A stretch of DNA of 57,186 bases, counting the filler, from Catajapyx aquilonaris (taxonomy: Eukaryota): NCBI GenBank assembly GCA_000934665.2. It is 2 parts of 2 records of this genome, joined end to end, with 100 filler letters (N's around TTAATTAATTAA, not from the genome) between each part and the next. Parts side by side here need not be neighbours in the genome. Positions count along the whole stretch, not along the records: positions 28,646 to 57,186 come from KZ539246.1; 1 more part is not named here. One strand, written 5' to 3'. A program made the position numbers and the translations under genes. The notes beneath the pieces are model-generated. The model saw only the letters and a list, made by a program, of their open reading frames with translations, had not been told where the DNA came from and searched no databases. Below, in pieces: positions 47,201 through 57,186 of this stretch. The first letter of the stretch is position 1. The number at the start of each line of letters is the position of its first letter.

Positions 47201-50200
47201 GCTTGAAAGCGATGATATAAGCCTGTGGCCGTTCCTTTCGTGGTGGAAAGTAAGACAAGAAGTTGGTAAGGCCGCCATTTATTGTCCTCGGGAGGTTGCG
47301 CATTCTAATAAGGGAGCGGCTGCGGTGCGTCAAATGGGACCCAAGTGAAATGGGTCCACTTAAGTAAAGTCCATGAGCATGTCTCCGTGACAAGAACTGG
47401 TAACCTAACCCCTGGATGACCTACAAAAATTGGTAGGAGTTTCTGACCTTATAATTGGACCAAGAAAATTAATTTTTTAAAATTTTCAATTGCTAAGTTA
47501 TTGAAGTTCAGTGTACCGTACTTCCCATTATTTGTTTAAAGAATTTTTTTAAATGTGATGAATTAACATTACCAATATTTGGGTCACCGAGCTTATATAA
47601 CCTATATTTTCAACTTTGGAAAAGAATTCAATAAAAAAATGCAGCCAAGATGTTCCGGATTTGTAAACAAAATATACGCTCGAGTTAATTAAGTGGCCTA
47701 CCCATCGACAAAAAGATCTTGATATAAATGCAAATTTCTTTTTTATATTTCCTTCTGACTTTCTAATGAGTCTCCTGCTCCAATTTTTGGCTCCTAATTT
47801 TTCCTTATAATTTGGGGCTTCCAATAATAATCAGTATTAGCAAATTTGGTCACCGTCAAGCATTACATTCTGGGTGTCCAATATTATTGACATAATTACT
47901 GCCATCATCTTGCATCCTCTTGAAAGAATAAGGTCCTCGTTGCTCCTAATGCCATCCTGCATGAATATTCATATGATGAATGGAATGCAAAACTTGGCCC
48001 CAAGAATCCGATGCAATTATCTGGACACGGCAATTAAGCTGGGGGAAGACGTAAGCAGACGGGTACGGATGCCCACTCTCACTAAACACCTCTAGGTCCT
48101 TGACAAATAACAGCATGCGGTCCACGCCCAACTTACAAAACACTTCCATAAGTTTTCAAATTGGGCCATCCATCTCTTGGATTAGGCTGTGGCCGTGTTT
48201 TTACTAATGAAGAATTCCCTGGATTACAAGTCTTCTCATTTGGGGGCATGAGAGGAATTTGCGCTGGCCTCTTATAAATTAATGCACAGATTAAATAAAT
48301 TGCAAGGACAAGACAAGAATTACCGTGCGACATTTTTAAAAAAATTTAAAGTTCAAGCAGATGGTGCTAGTTTGGATAGGCTTAAGGTAATTATTTACTT
48401 AGACGTACAATCTGGTTTGTATTTAAATTTTTGTTGCTATCTTGGAAAAATAATTATGAAACTTCTAAGCAATATTAGGCTTAGTGTATATCCCCCCTTG
48501 GCTTAATGATAGTTTCAAGTAGAATAGAAGTACCGGGGAGATGCGATTATAAGGTAGTTCGATGGTTTAATCAAAAAGTTTGCTTCCCGCTTATGCAAGC
48601 AAGCAAAGGACATCTGAGGATACGACATCTACAGTTCCCATGACAACCCGTAAACCCTGGGGAGTTGAGCAAACCCCGACACCCTTTGAAGTGCACCCAG
48701 AACAAAGGGATGCTGAAGAGTTTATCTCTTCTTGAGCGATCGACAGCCGTCTGATGGTCCAAATAAGTTGGAACGATCCGAAACGATTTCGCACAGCTTC
48801 GTATTTGCTCCAGACTTTAAAAAAGAACCAGATTTAACCTTAGACGGTCATTCCCATAAATCCTTCTTTTTTTCAGTTCAAACTGTACAAATTAATACTC
48901 AAGAAACTTTTTTTTTTAAAAAAAAGAGTACTCCAAATGAGATACATTTCTCATTTTGAACCAGATGAAAAGGATGGCTTTCTCTAGTCCCCCCTCCCAC
49001 ATCATAAGCTGGAGGTTTTCCTTTTGAAGAGTCTGAAATCGAGAGTCAAAGGTGTACTTACGGGCAGAGAAGTCTGAGCTCCTGTTTGGTGGCAGCAAAG
49101 CCCAAGTCGAGGTTATTGGTCAGAACTCGGAGAGGATCAGTACAGCGAGACATGGCTGCTGCATCGCAATCTTTTAGACCCGCTGCACGCACCACTAGAA
49201 AAAAAAATATGAATGAATGTTATAACGATTCTATGGACTTGTTTCAAGGAGGGAAGAATTTGGTAAATTTGGGTAATTTGGTAAATTTGGTAAATTGGAT
49301 ATATGAAGTATCAGGAGAGTAATCAGCTGAAACAGTAGTATGAGCACAAATAAATAAACGATGACATTGAAAGAAATTGCAATTATTTTTGAGTAAAAAT
49401 GGTTCTCCTTCCACTCAAACAACAACAAACAACAACAGAGTAGAAACGTTGGTTCCTGTCGTTACAGACCCTTATCACTATTGACATCAAGAGTATCCTT
49501 AGGGGCATACTGCATAGCCTGGCGATATCTGAATCGTAGGATAACCCCCACAAGACCAATATATTTATCCTGCATTTGCGTTTGAGAAGGATATTTGTGA
49601 CTCCTGAGGGGCTTGACACAAAGTTTTGGGACAAAATGTGGTTGCAACGCTACGCTATTCTAATCGTGCAATTTCCATTCAGAACAGTTGTTGACCTGTA
49701 CATCCCTACTTTAAACGAACTCAAATATATTTTTTAAAAATTAAGTGAAGTTTGTGTGATACAAGTAATATGGCAGAATCGAATTATACAAACTGACTGC
49801 AGCTATGCGTTGGTTTAGATCGCCCAGAATAGATAGGGGTTTGGAAACACAAAAATTATAATATCGCGAGGGCATGCCAGTCAAGCTGTAATTTACCCTA
49901 ACAAAGTCAAACTCCGGGCATATGAATACATGTCAAGAGTTTGAAGGCCCCGGTACAAAACGCTGCTGCATTGATCGATTTCCCCGAGGGGAAGGAATTA
50001 CAGTAATTTTTATTTCATCACCGACAAACCACAGCTCACATGATGAACTAACTATTTGCGTGCCTTGCATTCAACATATATTTTGGCCCAACTGTGGGGA
50101 AAGGGGCCTTACTTCACTCAACTTTGGGGCTTAATTTTCAGGCCATGGCATTTCGCTCCCGGATCCTCAATTCCGTATCACCCCATGCAATTACTTATTC

Positions 50201-52797
50201 CTCTCATAGACAAAAGAAACTGCGAATAGCAATGAGATTGAAGGACTCGCTGTTTCGACTCCCAGATTAACCACATTACCAGTTACAACCAACTGTGCTT
50301 TTACCCTCTTGTAAATTTGATTATTCCCGACCACTTCCGCCTGATTTTTTGGAATACGGGGAATGTCTTTGTGGCTTTTTATTTCTTTTGCAAATGCGTT
50401 ATTTTGAAGAGGAAGGCAATTAGGTGTGAAATTGAGGAGCACAATAAAAGTTTGGGTATTTCTGTTGATTTCTCTCACCAATGGGGTTGCACTAATTAGG
50501 ATTTTCAACTAGGGAGAGATTCGTGCCTGGGTAGCTAATCAGAAGTCCATCATTTTCAAACTCTGGGGCAACGTAAAATGAATGAAGATCCTTTGAATGT
50601 AATATGATCGACCGTTCACTTCAACTCATTTCACCAGGGAAGCTTGCACGTGCTCCAAGAAAAGAGCCAATGATGTCTTGTGTGTGTGTGTGTGTGTGGG
50701 TGGGGGGACAATGAAGCNCACTACCTTTAAATCTAGCTGATTAATAATAACTCTCGTTATAGGTTGAAAACTATTGCATAACATATGAGTATGATTTTAC
50801 AAGTCATCTGCCATTAAATCCTATATTTGTAATTCAAATAACGTGAGAGTTGATGTTAGTAATATCTACAGGTGCAGCTCATAGAAGGAGAGCAGCATCA
50901 AGTGTACTTGTAACTTGGTGCCGAGAATAAAAAAGGAGTTGCAAATAACAGCTCGCCGAAAATTCGCATCTGTTGCCTCTTATCCACCTTATCTGCCCTG
51001 TGAGTGCTTTTTTGAACTGCAGGTCTGATCGACTTGAAGTTGCCAAGGATACATCGAATAAAGCAGGTGGTACACTAAAGAGTTTCGTGAAATAACGGTT
51101 ATAGCGTTGCTTCAAAGTGAATGTGCAATAGTGTGTTTATTGGCAAAAGAAGACTTAGAAACTATAAAGGAAGTATATACACGTCGATCAGTTCATCAAG
51201 ATTTGGAAACCCTATCAGCCACGGCCATTATACGTCTTTACTTGTCGCCAGAAAGCACAGCATCACTAATATGTCAAAGGTGAAGACGTGAAGTGCTAAG
51301 AAGGCCTATGATGCTATAGCAAATGGTGCACTGTCCTGAGTAGCCAACTTAAGAAAATTAGTTACCATATACATAGGGGCCGATTTCATACCGATTTCAA
51401 CATTAGGACATGATTAAGTTTTAAGAGTCACACATACCTCTTTTATCACTACAGTTGAGGCAAAAGAATCTGCCGATAGGTTGATTAATTCGCGACTGGA
51501 AAAAATGGAAAAGGCAGCGGATATTGAATAACGAAACGAAGCTCTACAAAGGCGACGGATCTAGCCTTTCCACGCCGAGAGCTAAGCTGAATTTCCACTT
51601 CGATTTTCATTCATTTCTATAGCATGAAAGGCCGCAAGGAACCTTGTCTTAAATTTTAGTTCGTTTTTAAAAAGATCAAGCCTGGTTTAACACAACGCTG
51701 GAAATTAAAGCGCGAACATATCGAGTTTCAAAACTAACAAGAATAACAAAAAAGGGGTTTGTTATTTTCGTTTCTATAAAATAATATTACTTTACTTTCA
51801 ATATCACAAACTGTACTTATATATTTTTAACATTTTTCCTAATCGTCATATTATTTTATTCACTAAACATTTTACCACTTTTTTTCCACTGCTATCCCAT
51901 ACACCATACCGCATGGTGCACATTGTGTCCCATTCCGGGGCCATCTCCAAAGATGGAACACTTCCTCAACCCACTGCCGAAATTCCAACCTCATAAAACG
52001 GTACATTGTAGAGGTCGTAAGATATACATAAACGATCTTCCATTTTGGTGACTGCATGAGAGGAAAAATCTGGCTGGCATGGAGCGCCGTGTAGGAAGAT
52101 GCTAAAAAATAGTGCACGACGTGAAAAAAGTCCAAGGCAACATCTTTTGCCACCGGCTCTGATTTATGCAGATGGGAAATGGGATCGCCGCAGGCGATGA
52201 GAGAATACGGGGAAAGATCTCGATTTGCTTTTCACTATCCAGGGACTTGCAGAAAATAACGATTGTTGCTACCTTTTTGACTGTCCAAGATTATTTCAGA
52301 TAATGATTGTGAATATTAATATAATAATATTAATATAATATAATTTTCATTATCGCAACTGTTTACGTGTTCGCTCGATTCTATATTCTCAGCCGAATTT
52401 TGCAACAGGAAGTTGAAAACGAGGCCACTGATTCAAGCGCAATTAAAATGCTGTCTGCGGAGACGTGCAATTGATTGATGTTCCCTAAGATTCCTGAGAA
52501 TTACTTCTTAGATTCAACGTCAGTCCCACGCTCACACTTTTCCTATCGTTAAAAAGGGTGTCCTATCTTCCAAATAGCCCTTTACAAACAATCCTATTTA
52601 CATGTTGCAGTATTCACATATCAGATAAAAAAAGCAATTTATAAATTATTCAGAAATATTTAAATTCAGAGCATTATATTGACAGACGTGTAATTAGGGA
52701 TCCGGACTTTTCGGTCCCGCCGTTTCGCCCCCCGGACTTTTAGCCCTCGGCATATTGGCCCCCGTGACATATTCCACTTTTAAGCATTCGGCACGTA

Positions 52798-53076
52798 TTG
52801 TTGGACATTAATCGCGTCATACTGCTAGCGACATTTGGCGGGCGGCAGACGTGCAAATCGAAGTAATAGAGTGCGAGCCGCGCGAATCAGAAGAAGTAGG
52901 CCTTGGGTGACGTCACCGGCTGGGGGCAATTGAGAAAAGGCTTGTCTCCAGCCGATGACGTCACTCAAGGCCTACCATTTCTTTCTCGCACGGCTCGCAC
53001 TCTATTACTTCGATATGCACGTCTGCCGCATCGGAAAATGTCGTTAGCAGTATGACGCGATTAATGTCCAACACTG
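52798..53076. mobile_element. Foldback MITE with about 130-bp arms
   Basis: TGTTGGACATTAATCGCGTCATACTGCTA ... TAGCAGTATGACGCGATTAATGTCCAACACTG|TA; left terminus damaged. Confidence 0.88.
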
Positions 53077-54101
53077 TACCGGTATATGAGATATTAAAAA
53101 TTCAGGTACTGACAAGTATTTTTTATTGTTTAATTTTTTACAGCTCTTTGCGTATAAATATTCCTATAAATTCAACCCAATTTTCACATCCAATTACACT
53201 TAAACCATGGCGACCAGCAATGTTATTCCTCTGCCCAATTCGGCCTACAGAAAGCCTTGCAAGCGCTTTAATTAAGCCACGCGAGATTGAACTTATCCCG
53301 AGCCATATAATTACCCATCCAGCTTCACCTAAAAGGAAGTAAGACACTTTCTGATGGCGACGATGTCCATCTTGTGTGCCGGAACACACAAGCCTAACTA
53401 TCTGCAGAGGGTAGCTTAATCAATGGTCGGTCAGCGCTTTATGGCTCACTCGGGCGTATCCCTTTCCACGTTGCGCTCTGTCGGCCAACTGACAATGTTG
53501 CTTTATGAGCTTCTGCCAGAGAGAAGCCCCGTAACCACTCCAAGCTTCTCCTACCGCATCCCTGTGAAATGAGCGGGAAAAAAACCAGGCCACACCTCAC
53601 GGTTTCACGGTACAAGACTATGAGTACATAGGTATTTTTTCAGTTCACCTTAATGTGATTATGAAAATGCGTACAATATGTGTCAGTGTTGTAAACGTAT
53701 TCATGCAGAGTAGATTTTTACATATTGCATAAGCCTATAATGAAACCAAAAAGGATTCTATTTATATCTTTGGTATTCACAGAGTGACAGCCAGAGTAGG
53801 AGTATCAATAGCAGTGCTGGAAATTTTGTACTTGTAAATAAATGACATGTGTAGCATTTATAATTGAACAGGAAAGAGGATGACATCCAATGACAAGCCA
53901 ACATTACACAAGGCAGGGTTTCACGCATACTAAATATACTGAAGCGTTCGAAGCCAGTATCATCACACGAGGGCTCTAGTAAATTAGACCGATGTCGCCT
54001 TAAAATTGCAATATCATAAGATCATAAAATTATTTTTAAATGAATAAATTAACCTTGATTGAGTAAATGTTACCCACAACATTTTCGATATACGATAAAT
54101 A

Positions 54102-54419
54102 TTAATATTAATAATAATAATAATAATAATTTACCCCGTGATAGAGCCATTGGCTCCCTTAGGGGAGGGGGTTCATCCCAATTTTTTTTGTCAGGAACTC
54201 TTTGCTTTTTACTTTTTGCTTCGATTTTTGGGAAGGGATAGGGATGGAAGAAAGCGGCTGTGGCCTGTTAATTAGGGAAACAACTCCGGAATTTTTCTGG
54301 AGGGACCGTGGGAAACCACAGAAAACCACGGTCAGAGTTGCCGGTCCCGGGATTTGATCCCCGGACGTTCCGATTAGCAGCCGGATACCATATCCTCTCA
54401 CCTACTGCTGCTTCGGTCT
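54102..54419 (-). mobile_element. tRNA-derived SINE with Deu/Nin-type conserved core
   Basis: Minus strand reads GGTTTTCTGTGGTTTCCC...CAGAAAAATTCCGGAG...AGGCCACAGCCGCTTTCTTCC; (TTA)n tail; 14-bp TSD ATATACGATAAATA (54088-54101, 54420-54433). Confidence 0.82.
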
Positions 54420-55451
54420 ATATACGATAAATACATACTATGAGAAGACATTAGACATGATAGTCTTGACACAGTCTATTATGACATTAGCGATATTATC
54501 ACATCCATTAAACGCTGACATTTCCGGGTACACTCGAAACCGCAGGACAAAATGTCCTAATGAAGTCATCAGATATTCAAGCAAGATATCACATTTCTCC
54601 TGTCTTTCTATCGAAATCAAACTCATTAAGACCCCCATAAGGCGCATTTGACTAAATGTGACAGAGCAGCTTATTACTCTCCAATGGGCGTGGTCCTGTC
54701 AGCCCCTTGATTAATACAGCCGTAATTAAATCCAACCCCCGAGAAAACAATACTGCAGAAAGCGATGAGTTAAACCGCGATACAATCAGCTGCATTCCAT
54801 GGCAACGTCAGAGCCCAATTAAGAGTCAAGAAAAATAAAGCCTGATCTATTTGCACCCTAGCCTAGAGTCCATATCACCCCCCCTAAAAACTAATTACCC
54901 TTAACTCCCCTACAAAACGGATGTGCGCCCGGTTATTAACCAAAAGCGTGCTACCGTATGTGGTAAAAAACGAGTGAAATTACGGCCAAAACGCGCGGTA
55001 GTATTTTCAATTGGGCTTCACATGCACGCATCAATCATCAGATACTTGAAGCAAAAATAACAAACACAGACCGTTTTTCTACAGCCGTCGGACAAGAGGA
55101 ATCACGCAAAGAAAATTTATCACTTTTCTTCCAAATTCCCACAGACAGATTGGCGGAAACAAGCGCAGCGGAATTTTGAGGGACATGCAATCACCTGGGA
55201 ACAAGAGATGTCCAATCATCACTCATTTTCTAGGAAGATAATTAATCATCGCCTATCTTAGAAATTGCTTCATCTCTAGGAGAGCGAGCTATGATTTTTT
55301 GGGGAGCTACCTTGCAACCCGTTTGTTGACCTGATCTATAATGATATCAACCCACCTGTGGCCCACACCCATCACCTTGGGAGATGCCTTTTTCCATAAT
55401 AGGAGCTAAGATGGGGGCAACAGGGCGTGGCATGTTAGAACTACTGAAGTA

Positions 55452-55499
55452 CACTCTTAACCATTTACCCTCTCTAGAGAAGGTAAATGGTTAAGAGTG
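55452..55499. mobile_element. 48-bp minimal derivative of the 37989 MITE family
   Basis: TA|CACTCTTAACCATTTACCCTCTCTAGAGAAGGTAAATGGTTAAGAGTG|TA. Confidence 0.88.
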
Positions 55500-57186
55500 T
55501 ACTACATACTGCTGCTGCTGCAATAACAAAAATATTCACATTTTTTAAAAATATTCGCGGAATGTGACCACCATTTACATCGGCCGGAAAAATAAGCACG
55601 TAATGTAGTGCTATCCTGCAAACAACGTCATAAATAAGGCATAATCGAATTTCACAGTACGGGGGGGGGGGGGGGAANNNNNNNNNNNNNNNNNNNNNGG
55701 GGGGGGGGGGGGGAAATAATTACGTGTAACACTGGTGACGTATGGAAGCAGTTTTTATCTGTACACTGGCATAATTAGCGTGGAAACAAGCCGTAATGGC
55801 CGCTCGCTCAGTCAAGTGCTTGTCAACAAGGACAAATATTTCACAGGGGGAAGCACAATGACCGCAATGAATGACCTCCCTTCCTGTTCCGGGTCAGTTT
55901 TATCCCACTCCAGGTCGTGTTTATTCCACCGGTTTCAATCCATCAGACGGAAGCTCAAAGGTTAACATGCGGGTAGGTGAATAGCATGTTAGGGTCATCA
56001 ATCAAATCGAGAAAAATTTAACAATTAGCAACAATCCATATAAAATTTTGCTCATTTTAATGAACTTAAGCTATTTTCTGCCACAATGCATATAGGATAT
56101 GAATTATCTCTTCAAATTAAGAGCCTAATTAACATATATGCATATTTCAGGACTGCCTTTATATTCACCCGGTTCATTGACGAAGAGCTGGAATGTGTCC
56201 CAGTAGTTCTTGGAACATACGGCCTTGGCATTTGGTGCTCCTGGATTAATGAGCCGGATTAAAAGAGCTGCAATCAAGTGATAAGGTCATCATGAAAATG
56301 CTATTTCCTGCCAACCATGAAATGTAAGGCTTTTTACTATCAGGACACATTACGTGCAATGATTATTAATTTGTGATGTAATCCTCTTATACTACCAAAG
56401 TTGTTTGTGTTCGCCATTAGAAAATCCCTCCGTAATAGCCTAGTTGTAAGTCGTTTTTTATCAGTTCGCCTGTGAACTAGGATTTATGTCTGGCATATGA
56501 CCTAAATTTCCAAACAGTGATGAAAAAAAACACACTCCTTTAGCTAATAATCCGGTGCAGACATGGTAGTTAATTTTGTCCATGTTGATTATCATCGTAA
56601 CTGGTTTCAAACCACCACCACGACCAATATGTATAGTGATGCAATGAAATATGTCTATTATAATTATTATAGGTTCGGTTTTTTAAAATTTTCTTCTATT
56701 CATTGTTGTATGGCCCACTGGGACATCGATTTTAATTATTGAAGTATTTCAGTGTGGGATGGCTAGACCTCATTACAACCCTGCTTTCAACATGCAAATA
56801 ATGGTGACAACCTATAGAACCGGATCCTTTTTAGCAAGCCTTGCCATCCTCATTAGAGCCACGTAGAAAGATACACGTTCAAAATGAGTACGTCTCGACA
56901 GATGAGATAAATAAGACGACGCCTTTCGTTTTCTCCAATCACGTGCGTCTGTTTAATTTTCAACCAGGCTTCCCCCCCTTTATGCGGTTAGATCTGTTTG
57001 AAGATCTGGACCTGCCAAAGCAGGGAATGGTTAAGTCCCTTATGTCAACTCATGCCTGCCAACCGCGTCTTAATTACGGGCTAATTAACTGGTGGCCAGT
57101 GAATGGAATATCAAACGGACGATGACAGAAACGTCTTCTTAGTGCACGTAGTGAGTGCAGAAATGCCTCAATAGAAGTGTGGACCA

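Noticed and set aside
39500..48300. Scattered possible LINE and Helitron-like fragments (about 39500-39840, 41240-42000, 44150-44410, 47870-48280)
   Set aside because: Motifs are too degraded to assign or bound by eye; needs a repeat-library search.
55660..55713. Long G runs, and C runs near 22180, 23700 and 29835, as G-quadruplex candidates
   Set aside because: Simple homopolymers, most containing or flanking Ns, so their lengths are unreliable.

Overview
Eukaryotic, most likely arthropod, genomic DNA from a draft assembly (N gaps, homopolymer ambiguities). The first ~19 kb hold the 3' 18 coding exons of an adenomatous polyposis coli (APC) homologue on the + strand (566-17859, about 2340 codons). 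All 17 junctions read as GT-AG and stay in phase, and the gene's 5' end lies upstream of the window. The protein shows armadillo repeats, 15- and 20-aa beta-catenin-binding repeats, the CID, SAMP-like repeats, SxIP motifs and a C-terminal VTTV PDZ ligand. APC introns carry mariner, pogo/Tigger, Sola-like and SINE insertions, including a mariner inserted into the TA of a splice donor. The remaining ~38 kb show no recognisable host protein-coding gene. They contain a tRNA-Pro cluster (three full genes plus a fragment), a P-element transposase remnant, LINE remnants, several SINEs and many palindromic MITEs. The most unusual item is a cloverleaf tRNA-like element with a 38-nt hairpin in place of the anticodon loop, embedded in a highly structured ~340-nt unit. 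I found no clearly novel multi-gene system.
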